A stretch of DNA of 64,000 nucleotides from contig CAVSGP010000002.1 of assembly GCA_963727505.1 (NCBI GenBank), positions 160,001 to 224,000 on the forward strand. The letters run 5' to 3'. This document shows, piece by piece, positions 28,809 through 37,979 of the stretch; within the stretch, counting starts at the first letter, position 1, and each line of letters begins with the position of its first letter. The stretch is from an uncultured Trueperaceae bacterium (GTDB lineage: Bacteria > Deinococcota > Deinococci > Deinococcales > Trueperaceae). The position numbers and the translations under genes were made by a program. The notes beneath the pieces are model-generated. The model was not told the origin of the DNA, ran no database searches, and saw nothing but the letters and a program-made list of their open reading frames with translations.

Positions 28809-29555
28809 ATGAGGTGGCGATCCCCCGATGCCCTGTTCGCGCGTCGACGCCCCAAAGCGAGGGCGGCGCGGCGCGGGCTCGAGCGCACGTTGCGTCCTGC
28901 GCGAGGGCGTGCACTGGGGCGTGCACTGGGGCGTGCGCTGCTGGCCGTCGCCCTGACGGCCGGCACCGCACTCGCGGCCCCCTCGGACGCCGCGGGGCAG
29001 CGCTCGAAGCTACCGCCCGCCCCCGCTCGATCCGGCCCGCCCCCGGCCCGGCTCCTCGACACCACCGTCATCGCCTTCGAAGCGAGCGATCCGCTCGGCG
29101 GCTTCACCGGCCACGCTCCCGTGGCCGCTGCGACGCTTCAGGTCGATCCGGCGCGCCCCTCGACGGCGCGCGGGTCGCTCACCGTCCGGGCCGGCAGCAT
29201 CACCACCGGCAACGCCATCCGGGACCGCAACGCCGAGCGTGGCGTCTTCGAGGCCGACCGCTACCCGGTCCTTCGCTACGCCATCGCCGACGTGCAGGCC
29301 AACCCGACCGACCTACCCGACGGCGGGACCGGTCGTGTGGTCGTGACCGGGAAACTCACGATGCACGGGATCACCCGCGAGGTCGTCGCGACGGGAACGG
29401 TGGAACGCAGTGGAGACCGGCTCGAGGCTCACCTCCATCTCGACGTCCGGCTGACCGACTTCGGCATGGACCGGCCCCGCTTCCTCTTCATCCAGGTCGA
29501 CGACCTGGTGAAGGTCACCGTCGACCTGGCGTTGCGCTCGGCCCTGACGCCCTAA
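28809..29555 (+). CDS. YceI family lipid/polyisoprenoid-binding protein (start uncertain)
   Basis: Signal peptide LLAVALTAGTALA; SITTGNAIRD; GKLTMHGITREV; LTDFGM. Confidence 0.8.
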   Translation: MRWRSPDALFARRRPKARAARRGLERTLRPARGRALGRALGRALLAVALTAGTALAAPSDAAGQRSKLPPAPARSGPPPARLLDTTVIAFEASDPLGGFTGHAPVAAATLQVDPARPSTARGSLTVRAGSITTGNAIRDRNAERGVFEADRYPVLRYAIADVQANPTDLPDGGTGRVVVTGKLTMHGITREVVATGTVERSGDRLEAHLHLDVRLTDFGMDRPRFLFIQVDDLVKVTVDLALRSALTP

Positions 29556-29609
29556 CGCCCCGCCGCCCTGACGCCCCGCCGCCCTGACGCTCTCACGCCC
29601 AGCTCGGGT

Positions 29610-31343
29610 TCAGCGTCCGCGGTCGAAAGCACGCCGCAGGAATCCGGGGATCCCGGGCCGACGGAAGGCGGACCGTCCGCTCCACAGCAGCCATTCCACA
29701 ACCAATGCCAGCAGCGCCAGCGTCAGCAGGATCCAGGCCAGCGAGCTGGCGGGCGCTTCGCCCAGCAGCGGACGCGCCTCCCCACGGGCGGCCCGGGGCG
29801 TCCCCTTGCCGTCGCTGACGGGCGGCGCCGGGAGACGGGACTCGGCGTCGCTGTCGAGGCTGGCCACCACCACGCCGCCGCCCGGCTCGCGGTAGATGCC
29901 GGGCCGCACTGCATACGAGACGACCTCGCCGCCCAGGGTGGTGCCCGGCTGCAGCGCCGCGCCCAGCGCCACGCTGGCGTCGCCGCGCACCTGACGCAGG
30001 TAGTTGGCCACCAGCGCGGGGAACGCCGCGCGCAGCACCAGGTCCGTCTGGGTGGGGTTGAACGCGGCCTGCAGCACCCGCACGCCGCCGCTGTCGCGGT
30101 AGCGCAACACCGGCTCGAGCTCGGCCGTGCTCGCCAGCGTCTGCCAGCCGCCGGACACGGTCCAGGGCGTGCGCGCGGGGTCGAGCCCCACCACCACGTC
30201 CTGCAGGTCCACGAAGCGCATCAGCGGCGACCCGCGGTCGAACTCTCGCACCACGCGGTACTCCGGTTTGGATGCGGCCGGCGCGAAGAGCAGGTAGCTT
30301 CCCGGCGGCAGCCCCTGCGGGTCCGAGCGGGTCAGCACGCGCAGGTCGGCAGGGATCTGCGCGGCGCTGGCGTTCACCCGCACCGTCACGCCGGGTACTG
30401 CCGCCAGCGCCTTGATGACCGCCTGGTCGCCTTGCTGCACGACCGCCGTCACCTGCCGGGCGCCCGCGTAAGCCTCGTCGTCGAGGGCGAGGGCGTCGCC
30501 CGCCGGGGACCCGGCCTCCACCCCCGCCGGCGGTGTGATGGCGGCGCGGTAGAGGCCCCGGACGTCGGCGAGCGGGAAGGTGATGCTGCCGGTGCCCCCT
30601 GCCGGCACCAGCACCGAGCCGCTCGCCACGGCGGCGCCGTCGCGGGTGAGCGCTACCTGTACCTGGACCGGACGACGGCTGTTCGACACCACTCCCACAT
30701 AGGCCTGCTGGAGGCCCAGGTCGAAGGCGCTGATCCCCACGTTGATCCCGTCCCCGGCCACGTTGTGGTAACGCACCGAGACCCCGCCCACCGCCGCCTG
30801 GTCGGTGATCAGCTCCAACTGAGCCCCGGGCTCGACCGCCTGCCCGATCGCCACTGCGCGCTCCAGGTCGGCGCTGCGGTCGCCCACCGTGAGCTGCTGA
30901 AGGCTGCGCCGCACGGCGCCCCGATCGCCGGTCAACGGCACCAGCACGCGGGCGTCCAGGCCGGCACGGATGACCGCTACCCGGCCCGCGCCGGCGAGGA
31001 GGCGCTCCGCCACCGCTCTGGCCTTGTCGATGCGCACACCGTCGGTGTCGCGCGCCGCCATGCTGGCCGAGGCGTCGAGGATGAGGATGCGGTCGGGGGC
31101 CACGCCGCCCCGGATCTCGGGCCGCGCCAGCGCGAAGGCGGCGAGCGCCACGAAGAGCAACTGGGCCAGCAGCAGCCACGTCGGCGAGACGCGCTTCCGA
31201 CGTTCGGCCGCCTGACGCGCCCGCTGCCACAGGAACAGCGCCGAGACCTGGTGGCGGCGCCGGCGGGCCCGCACGAAGTGCAGCAGGACCACCAGCGGCA
31301 GCGCCAGCAGACCCCACAGGAACTGGGGCGCAGCGAAGCTCAC
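29610..31343 (-). CDS. BatA/VWA domain membrane protein
   Basis: N-terminal BatA-type F..P.FLWGL...LH and SALFLW; MIDAS motif DASASM; C-terminal TM ending LVVEWLL. Confidence 0.82.
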   Translation of the reverse strand: MSFAAPQFLWGLLALPLVVLLHFVRARRRRHQVSALFLWQRARQAAERRKRVSPTWLLLAQLLFVALAAFALARPEIRGGVAPDRILILDASASMAARDTDGVRIDKARAVAERLLAGAGRVAVIRAGLDARVLVPLTGDRGAVRRSLQQLTVGDRSADLERAVAIGQAVEPGAQLELITDQAAVGGVSVRYHNVAGDGINVGISAFDLGLQQAYVGVVSNSRRPVQVQVALTRDGAAVASGSVLVPAGGTGSITFPLADVRGLYRAAITPPAGVEAGSPAGDALALDDEAYAGARQVTAVVQQGDQAVIKALAAVPGVTVRVNASAAQIPADLRVLTRSDPQGLPPGSYLLFAPAASKPEYRVVREFDRGSPLMRFVDLQDVVVGLDPARTPWTVSGGWQTLASTAELEPVLRYRDSGGVRVLQAAFNPTQTDLVLRAAFPALVANYLRQVRGDASVALGAALQPGTTLGGEVVSYAVRPGIYREPGGGVVVASLDSDAESRLPAPPVSDGKGTPRAARGEARPLLGEAPASSLAWILLTLALLALVVEWLLWSGRSAFRRPGIPGFLRRAFDRGR

Positions 31344-31519
31344 CGTCCCCGACCCCGCCCGGGGCTCCCCATCATCCCCTGTGCAGCAACGACGCCGTCC
31401 ATGCCCGCCCAGTGTAGCGCCCACCTGAAACGCGCACGACACCGGCGGCCGGCCTGCACGGGTATAGCTGGTGCATCGACGGTACAGGGAAGAAGACGTC
31501 CTACCCCTGGAGGTGATCC

Positions 31520-32083
31520 ATGAAGACGCAGCCCGACCCCCTCCCCATCGGCGCCGACGCTCCGCCCTTCGATCTGCCCGCCGCCGACGGGCGCCGCCAC
31601 CGTCTTCAGGACTTCGGCGCTGAGCTGTTCGTCTATGTACAGGCGTGCAACCACTGCCCCTACGTGGTGGCCAACGTCGAACGGCTGACCCGCCTCGCCC
31701 GTGACTATCGGGGGAGCGTCGATGTCGTGTTCGTCAACTCCAACGATGCCGAGACGCACCCCACCGACGACGTCGAAGCGATGCGCGCCTTCGCGCGGGA
31801 CCACGACCTACCCTTCCCCTACCTCCGCGACTCCGACCAGAGCGTGGCGCAGGCGTACCGTACGCAGCGCACGCCGGAGGTCCTGGTGTTCGATCGGGAG
31901 CGGCGACTGCGCTACCACGGCCGCATCGACGACAGCCCCAAGGACCCCGACGCAGTCACCCAGAACACCCTGCGCAACGCATTGGACGCAATCCTGGCAG
32001 GACGTTCCGTCGTCGAGGCCGAGACCTTCGCGATGGGGTGCACCGTCAAGTGGAAGCCGGGCAACTTTCCCGAGGTGGCCTGA
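31520..32083 (+). CDS. Thioredoxin family protein (AhpC/TSA-like)
   Basis: CNHCPYV; NSND; TPE; YHGRIDD; GCTVKW; GGAGGTG RBS. Confidence 0.9.
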   Translation: MKTQPDPLPIGADAPPFDLPAADGRRHRLQDFGAELFVYVQACNHCPYVVANVERLTRLARDYRGSVDVVFVNSNDAETHPTDDVEAMRAFARDHDLPFPYLRDSDQSVAQAYRTQRTPEVLVFDRERRLRYHGRIDDSPKDPDAVTQNTLRNALDAILAGRSVVEAETFAMGCTVKWKPGNFPEVA

Positions 32084-32168
32084 GGATCGGCGGTCATGCC
32101 GGAATCGACCGGGACCGCCAACGCGCCCACGAGCGCGTAGCGAACGGAGCGTCATGGGAGACACGATC

Positions 32169-32648
32169 ATGCGAGACAACGTCATCCGCCAGCAACTCGA
32201 GGGGCTGGTGCGCGGGGAGGGCGCGCACGTGAGCGTCGACGGGTCGCTCGAGGGGCTCCCCGAGGCGCTCCGCGGGCGCGTGCCCGACGGCCTGGCCCAC
32301 AGCGCCTGGCAACTGCTCGAGCACATGCGCATCGCCCAGGAGGACCTGCTCCAGTACGCGCTCGATCCCGATTGGACGTCGCCGTCTTGGCCCGACGGCT
32401 ACTGGCCGGCCGACCCGCGGCCGGCCTCGGACGCCGCCTGGCAGGACAGCGTGCGCGCCTTCGAGCGTGGACGCGAACTGGCGCTCTCGCTGGTGCGCGA
32501 CGCCGAGCGGGACCTCACCGCGCCCCTGGCGCACACGCCCGGGCACACGCTGCTGCGCCAGCTCCTGCTGCTCGCCGACCACAACGCCTACCATGGCGCC
32601 CAGCTCGTCGACGTCCGGCGCGCGCTGGGGGCGTGGCCGCCCGCCTGA
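32169..32648 (+). CDS. DinB family protein
   Basis: GEGAH; HSAWQLLEHMRIAQ; WPDGYWP; ADHNAYH.AQ. Confidence 0.85.
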   Translation: MRDNVIRQQLEGLVRGEGAHVSVDGSLEGLPEALRGRVPDGLAHSAWQLLEHMRIAQEDLLQYALDPDWTSPSWPDGYWPADPRPASDAAWQDSVRAFERGRELALSLVRDAERDLTAPLAHTPGHTLLRQLLLLADHNAYHGAQLVDVRRALGAWPPA

Positions 32649-32705
32649 TCGAACGCGCCGGATCACACCCTACGGATCACACCTGCCGCATCAAGACCTG
32701 CCGCA

Positions 32706-34394
32706 TCAGACCTGGAAGACCCCTACGCGGAACGGCGGCGGCTCGCTGTCCAGAGCGCATGCCTCCAGCGCCCGGATGAGGCGGTGCCGCAGTTCGAGCG
32801 GCATCACAACGGCGTCGACCCACAGCCGAGCCGCACCGTAGCGGATATCGAGGGCATGCTCGTAGCCGGCGCGGATGCGCTCGAAGAGCTCAGCCAGGGT
32901 GTCCTCGTCGGGCTCGGTGCCGGCGCGAGCGAGCTGTGCCGCCTGGATGTCGAGGATGGTCTTGGCCGCCTGCTGACCGCCCATCACGGCGTAGCGCGCA
33001 CTCGGCAGCGCGAACAGGAAGCGTGGCGCGTAGGCCTTGCCGCTCATGGCGTAGTGCCCGGCGCCGTAGGAACCTCCGAGGATGACGCTGAGGCGAGGCA
33101 CGACGCTGTTGCTGACCGCGTTGACCAGCTTGGCGCCGCGCCGGATGATGCCGTCCTGCTCGCTGTCGACCCCCACCATGAAACCGTTGACGTCGTGCAG
33201 GAACACGATGGGGATGCCCATCTGGTTGCAGTTGAGCACGAAGCGCGCTGCCTTGTCGGCCGCCTCGGCGTAGATGACACCGCCGACCTCGAGCCGGCCG
33301 CGGTTCTTCACCACCCGCTTCTGGTTCGCCACGATCCCCACCGGGAAACCACCCAGACGGGCGGTGCCGCACACCAGGGTGCGGCCGTAGCGTGCCTTGT
33401 ACTCGTCGAACTCCGCTCCGTCGACGAGGCGGGCGATGATCTCGCGGGTCTCGTAGGGCTGGCTCCCGCCGTCGACCGGCAGCAGGCCCTCGAGGTCCTC
33501 GGCCTTCTCGGCCGGCTCCACGCTCTCGCGCCGGTCGCGCGCCCAGGCGGCCAGGGGACGTGGTGCGTAGCTCGCGGCGAGCCGGCGCAGGCGCAGCAGG
33601 GCATGGGCGTCGTCGGGTTCGAGGAAGTCGACCGTGCCCGACACCTCGGCGTGCATCACGGCACCGCCCAGATCCTCGCTCGACACCGTCTGGCCGATCG
33701 CCGCCTTCACCAACGCCGGCCCGGCCAGGTAGAGGCCGGAGCCTTCGGTCATGACCAGGGTGTCGCACATGACCGGCAGGTAGGCCCCGCCGGCCACGCA
33801 GTTTCCCATGATGGCCGCCATCTGCGGGATGCCTAGCGCGCTCATGCGCGCGTTGAGGTAGAACACACGACCGAAGTCGTCCTGGTCAGGGAAGATCTCG
33901 TCCTGCATGGGAAGGTAGACCCCGGCGGAGTCCACCAGATAGACCGTCGGAAGGCGGTTCTCGAGCGCGATCGTCTGGGCCCGGATCACCTTCTTGGCGG
34001 TGATCGGGAAGAACGCGCCGGCCTTGACGGTGGCGTCGTTGGCGACCACCATCCAGGGGCGGCCGTCGATGCTTCCGATCCCCGTCACCACGCCCCCGCC
34101 GGGCGCGCCGCCCTCGGCCTGGTACATCTCCCAGCCGGCGAAGGTCATCAGCTCGTCGAAGGGAGCGCCGTCGTCGAGCAGCTTCGCCACACGCTCGCGC
34201 GCCGTCCACCGGCCCTTGTCGTGCTGGCGCTTGCGCGCCTTGAGCCCGCCACCTTCCGCGACCGCCGCACGCTGCTCGAGGAGCGTCGCGCCCGCCTCCT
34301 TCCAGTCCTTGCGGTTGGGGCGGTAGGGGGAGCGACGGCGGTCCTCCAGCGTGATCTCCGTAGCGATGCGATAGGACGCGCGTTTGCCGCGCAC
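32706..34394 (-). CDS. Acyl-CoA carboxylase carboxyltransferase (beta) subunit, methylcrotonyl-CoA carboxylase-like
   Basis: ANDATVKAG; VDSAG..LP.QDEIFPD; GNCVAGGAY; GFMVG; GGSYGAGHYAM; ARLWVD. Confidence 0.9.
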   Translation of the reverse strand: MRGKRASYRIATEITLEDRRRSPYRPNRKDWKEAGATLLEQRAAVAEGGGLKARKRQHDKGRWTARERVAKLLDDGAPFDELMTFAGWEMYQAEGGAPGGGVVTGIGSIDGRPWMVVANDATVKAGAFFPITAKKVIRAQTIALENRLPTVYLVDSAGVYLPMQDEIFPDQDDFGRVFYLNARMSALGIPQMAAIMGNCVAGGAYLPVMCDTLVMTEGSGLYLAGPALVKAAIGQTVSSEDLGGAVMHAEVSGTVDFLEPDDAHALLRLRRLAASYAPRPLAAWARDRRESVEPAEKAEDLEGLLPVDGGSQPYETREIIARLVDGAEFDEYKARYGRTLVCGTARLGGFPVGIVANQKRVVKNRGRLEVGGVIYAEAADKAARFVLNCNQMGIPIVFLHDVNGFMVGVDSEQDGIIRRGAKLVNAVSNSVVPRLSVILGGSYGAGHYAMSGKAYAPRFLFALPSARYAVMGGQQAAKTILDIQAAQLARAGTEPDEDTLAELFERIRAGYEHALDIRYGAARLWVDAVVMPLELRHRLIRALEACALDSEPPPFRVGVFQV

Positions 34395-34395
34395 G

Positions 34396-34704
34396 TTAAC
34401 GGACGTGGGTTGCCAGGACCACCAACAGGCCGCCGCCCGCGTTCTCCAGATGGTGGCGCGTACCGGCCGGCACGCTGACGAGTTTGCCGGTGCCCACGCG
34501 GTCGCTGCCGGCGTCGTGACGGAGCAGCACCTCGCCCTCGAGCACCTGGTACAGGCAGCTCGCGTCGTACGTGTGGTCCTCGTCGCGTTGCCCCGCCTCG
34601 AAGCAGTGCAGCGTCACGCTCAGGTCCCCTTCCGTCACCAACTCGCGGTTCTGGACGGTGTCGAGCGAGAAACGGCGAGCGTCGGCGATGGTCACGATGT
34701 TCAC
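34396..34704 (-). CDS. Cupin domain protein
   Basis: FEAGQ...HT; VLEGE; VPAGTRHHLEN; GGAGG RBS; adjacent to the carboxyltransferase gene. Confidence 0.8.
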   Translation of the reverse strand: MNIVTIADARRFSLDTVQNRELVTEGDLSVTLHCFEAGQRDEDHTYDASCLYQVLEGEVLLRHDAGSDRVGTGKLVSVPAGTRHHLENAGGGLLVVLATHVR

Positions 34705-34781
34705 GGTGCTAGACCTCCCTCAGGTCCCTGCGTCCGGCCCACGTCCCCCGTGGTGCCGGAATTGCGCCCTGGTCGACGACC

Positions 34782-34998
34782 ATTGTGCGCTGTGTGGATA
34801 ACCAATGCAATCTGTGGATAACTCGGGTCCCTTGACAAGACCCCGGAAGGTCTGGTAAATGCTCCGCGCATTCCGCCGGACGGAGAAAGAACGTTCTGGA
34901 CGCCCTTTCTGACACCTCGCCCGCCAGCATCGGGCTCTCCGACGCGCACGCGGCACTTCTCCACATGCTTGTGGAGAACTCCGCTCGCCTGTGGAAAA
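34782..34998. promoter_or_regulatory. DnaA-box cluster overlapping the promoter of the cupin-carboxyltransferase operon
   Basis: TGTGGATAA at 34793 and 34813; TTCTCCACA at 34957; TGTGGAGAA at 34970; TGTGGAAAA at 34990; minus-strand TTGCAT-17 bp-CACAAT. Confidence 0.7.
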
Positions 34999-35006
34999 GG
35001 TTGCCT

Positions 35007-35621
35007 TCACGCCTCACGCACGGCCTGGACGAAGGCCCGGACACGCTCGGCGTCCTTGATGCCTGGCTCCGACTCCACCCCGGAGGCGACGTCGACGGCG
35101 TACGGGCGCAGCGCCCGCACCCCCTCCCCCACCGTTCCCGGGTCGAGGCCGCCGGCCAGCACCAGCCGCGGGTGCCCTCGCCAGGACCCGGCGTCCGCCC
35201 AGCGGAAGGGCCGCCCCGATCCCGGCGTGGGAGCGTCGAGCAGGAACGCATCGGCCGGGTAGTCCTCCAGCGATGCGGGGGTGAGGTTCGGCTCGAACGC
35301 CATCGCCCGGACCACCATCACGTCGCCCCGCAGCGCCGCAGCGTAGCTGGCGGGCTCGTCGCCGTGGAGTTGCACGGCCCCCAGCTTGAGGCGGTGCACG
35401 GCGGCGCGCACGGTGTCGAGCGGCGCGTCCACGAACACCCCGACGCGCGTGATGAAGGGGCCGAGGCCCGACACGATGCCGGCAGCGGCCGCCAGGCTGA
35501 CCCTGCGCTTGGAGCGCTCGGCGAAGATCAGGCCGACCGCGTCGGCTCCCGCTCGTTCGGCTGCACGCGCGTCCTCGGCCCGCGTGATGCCGCAGATCTT
35601 GATCCGTACACGCCCGTCCAT
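35007..35621 (-). CDS. trpF: Phosphoribosylanthranilate isomerase
   Basis: KICGIT; VGVFVD; VQLHGDE; LLDA; LAGGL; VDVASGVE. Confidence 0.94.
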   Translation of the reverse strand: MDGRVRIKICGITRAEDARAAERAGADAVGLIFAERSKRRVSLAAAAGIVSGLGPFITRVGVFVDAPLDTVRAAVHRLKLGAVQLHGDEPASYAAALRGDVMVVRAMAFEPNLTPASLEDYPADAFLLDAPTPGSGRPFRWADAGSWRGHPRLVLAGGLDPGTVGEGVRALRPYAVDVASGVESEPGIKDAERVRAFVQAVREA

Positions 35622-35647
35622 GGCTCCATTATGGTCCCGCCCCGCCA

Positions 35648-37162
35648 TCATGCCCGTCCGTAGCCCGCGACCACCTCGACGCTCACGCCGAGCGACGCAG
35701 CCATGAGGTCGGAGCGGGCGGCGGCCTCCCGGATCTCGATCTCGGCGTCGCCGTCGGCGAGCGCCTCCACCTGTAGGTAGCCAGCGCCCAGGTGGCAGCG
35801 CACGGCGCGCACGCGCTGCGCTTTGCTGCGCTCCAGGTACTCCGCCAGTCGCAGCATTCCGGCCAGGCGCGCGAGCCGGTCCAGGTCGCCCTCCTCGAGG
35901 ACGACACCGTAGCCCTGGTCGCCAGGGGAGCCACGACGGTGATAACGCACCAGCAGGGCGACGAGCACCTGCTCGCGGTGACTGAACCCGGGCATGGCAC
36001 GCCCCATCACCAGATACATGCCGTGCTTGTGGTGAGCGTAGTAGTCCACCGCCATGCCGATGTCGTGCACCAGCGCGGCGGCCGCCAGCAACGCGCGCTC
36101 CCACGCGCCCATGCCGTGAAGGCTCGCGAGCTGGTCGAAGAGCTGCAGCGCAAGGTGACGCACGTGCAGGTTGTGCGGTGCGTTGTCGTAGTACTCCCGC
36201 ATCAGGTTGAGGGCGCTGAACTCTCGCACGTCGGGAGCGAGATGGTCTCCCTTCGGGAACAGGAAGGGGTAGAACAGCCCCTCGCGCAGGCCCTGCCCGC
36301 TGATGCTCACCTCGTCGACCTTCAGCGCGGCCAACGCCTCGGCGATCACGACGCCGCCGGCCACGATGATGTCCGCCCGGTCGCGGTTGAGGCCCTTGAC
36401 GTCGCGGCGCCGCTGCAACGGCCGGCGCGCCAGGTCCGCCACCAGCTCCTCCAACACCTCGCGCTGCAGGCGGTAACCGTGCAGCAGGTCGGGCCGATAG
36501 TCGGTGCGCGACTGCACGATGTTGGCGAGGTTGCGCACGGTCCCACCCATACCCACCACCGGCAGGCCCGCCGGCAACTCGGCGAGCCGAGGCGCCAGCT
36601 GCTCGCGGACGTGCTGCCGCAACGCCTTGAGCTCGCGGCTCCTGGGCGGGTCGCTGGTGAGGAAGGCCTCGGTGGTGCGCACCGCGCCCAGCGGCAGGGC
36701 GCCGCCCTGCTCGAAGCGGCGCTCGCGCAGCCGGCTGAGCTGCATGCTGCCGCCCCCGAGATCGAAGACGACGGCGTCCTGAACGTCGAAACTGTTGGCG
36801 ACCGCGAGCGCCCCGTACTCCGCTTCCTGATGGCCGGTGAGGACCTCGAGCTCGACCCCGGCTCGCTGTCGCGCCGCTTCGACGAACGCCTCGCCGTTGA
36901 CGGCGGCGCGCACTGCACTGGTAGCAGTGGCGCGCAGATCGTCGATGCCGACGGCGTCGCAGTAGCCTCGGAACGTGCGGAGCGCCTCCAGGCCGCGCTC
37001 GAACGGCTCGGCGCGGAGGATGCGCGAAGGCCCCATCCCCTCGGACAACCGCACCACCTCCCGCAGCTCGTCGAGCAGCTGGAAACGGTAGTCGGCGCGA
37101 TAGAGCAGCACCACCAGGCGGGCGGTATTGCTGCCGAGATCGATGATGCCGACGCTGCGCAC
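35648..37162 (-). CDS. ppx: Ppx/GppA exopolyphosphatase with C-terminal HD domain
   Basis: IDLGSNT; ATSAVR.A.N; DLGGGS; GGTVRNL; RADII; GLREG; HDIG. Confidence 0.9.
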   Translation of the reverse strand: MRSVGIIDLGSNTARLVVLLYRADYRFQLLDELREVVRLSEGMGPSRILRAEPFERGLEALRTFRGYCDAVGIDDLRATATSAVRAAVNGEAFVEAARQRAGVELEVLTGHQEAEYGALAVANSFDVQDAVVFDLGGGSMQLSRLRERRFEQGGALPLGAVRTTEAFLTSDPPRSRELKALRQHVREQLAPRLAELPAGLPVVGMGGTVRNLANIVQSRTDYRPDLLHGYRLQREVLEELVADLARRPLQRRRDVKGLNRDRADIIVAGGVVIAEALAALKVDEVSISGQGLREGLFYPFLFPKGDHLAPDVREFSALNLMREYYDNAPHNLHVRHLALQLFDQLASLHGMGAWERALLAAAALVHDIGMAVDYYAHHKHGMYLVMGRAMPGFSHREQVLVALLVRYHRRGSPGDQGYGVVLEEGDLDRLARLAGMLRLAEYLERSKAQRVRAVRCHLGAGYLQVEALADGDAEIEIREAAARSDLMAASLGVSVEVVAGYGRA

Positions 37163-37224
37163 GAAGGCAGTATGGCACGCGTCGCGAACCCGGCCGGCCC
37201 CGCCGGGGCGGGCCGAGCGCGATG

Positions 37225-37584
37225 TCAGAGGACGTCGCGCAGGTGCTCGAGGCGGGCCGCGCCTTCTTCTCCGAGCACCACGATGGCGTCGAAGCGCGTG
37301 CGCACGTCGGGATCGCCGAGGCGCCTCGCCAGGTAGTGGCGCGCCGTTCGCCGCAAGCGCTCGAGCTTGCGGCGATCGAGGGTCTCGGCTGGATGCCCGT
37401 AGCGTTCGCTGCGACGCTGGCGCACTTCGACGAAAACGACCGTGGCGCCGTCGCGGACGATGAGATCGATCTCGCCGGCACGCACGGCGTAGTTGGTCTC
37501 CAGCACCACCCAGCCCAGGCCTTCCAGGTGGCGCCGAGCGAGTGCCTCGGCCCAGTGCCGCAGCGGTGCCTCCCCGGGCGCCAA
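37225..37584 (-). CDS. yraN: YraN family (UPF0102) endonuclease-like protein
   Basis: AE..A..HL; N....GEIDLI; VFVEVR.R; RFDAI. Confidence 0.85.
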   Translation of the reverse strand: MAPGEAPLRHWAEALARRHLEGLGWVVLETNYAVRAGEIDLIVRDGATVVFVEVRQRRSERYGHPAETLDRRKLERLRRTARHYLARRLGDPDVRTRFDAIVVLGEEGAARLEHLRDVL

Positions 37585-37592
37585 GATCCGCC

Positions 37593-37979
37593 TCAGGCGG
37601 GCGTGACCTGCACCCGACGCGCGTCGGCCCAGAGTCCCTCGATGTCGTAGAAGGAGCGGGCCTCGGGGCTCATGATGTGAGCGACGATGCCACCGAAGTC
37701 GATGAGGACCCAGCGGTCGCTGGGGCCCTCCACGCCGCGCGGGGGGAAGCCGTGCTGCTTGAGGCGCTCCCGCACGGCGTCCTCCAGCGCGCGAAGCTGG
37801 AGGTGCGACTCCCCGGTGGCGACGATGAAGTAATCGAGCGTGGCCGAGACCTCGGTGAGGTCCAGCACGACGATGTCCTTGGCGCGGCGGTCGTCGAGCG
37901 CATCGACGATGAGCTGCACCTCCTGCGGTACGGCGGTACTCTTCTGCAACGTCCCTCCCTCGCTGGCGGGCCCGGTCAT
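37593..37979 (-). CDS. rsfS: Ribosome silencing factor
   Basis: DIVVLDL; DYFIVATG; WVLIDFG..VAHIM..EAR.FYDIE.LW. Confidence 0.93.
   Translation of the reverse strand: MTGPASEGGTLQKSTAVPQEVQLIVDALDDRRAKDIVVLDLTEVSATLDYFIVATGESHLQLRALEDAVRERLKQHGFPPRGVEGPSDRWVLIDFGGIVAHIMSPEARSFYDIEGLWADARRVQVTPA

Noticed and set aside
29610..31343. BatA/VWA gene without a MoxR ATPase partner
   Set aside because: Partners are often encoded elsewhere; nothing else unusual is visible
34782..34998. Chromosomal oriC
   Set aside because: No dnaA/dnaN or other origin-linked genes nearby, only five boxes and no clear AT-rich unwinding element; kept only as a DnaA-box cluster
34701..35010. Short ORFs (87-96 aa) in the DnaA-box region
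   Set aside because: No RBS or recognisable motifs; better explained as regulatory DNA
35007..37481. 824-aa ORF suggesting a large fusion to TrpF
   Set aside because: The upstream part is an alternate frame over ppx; TrpF starts at 35621 after its own -10-like box
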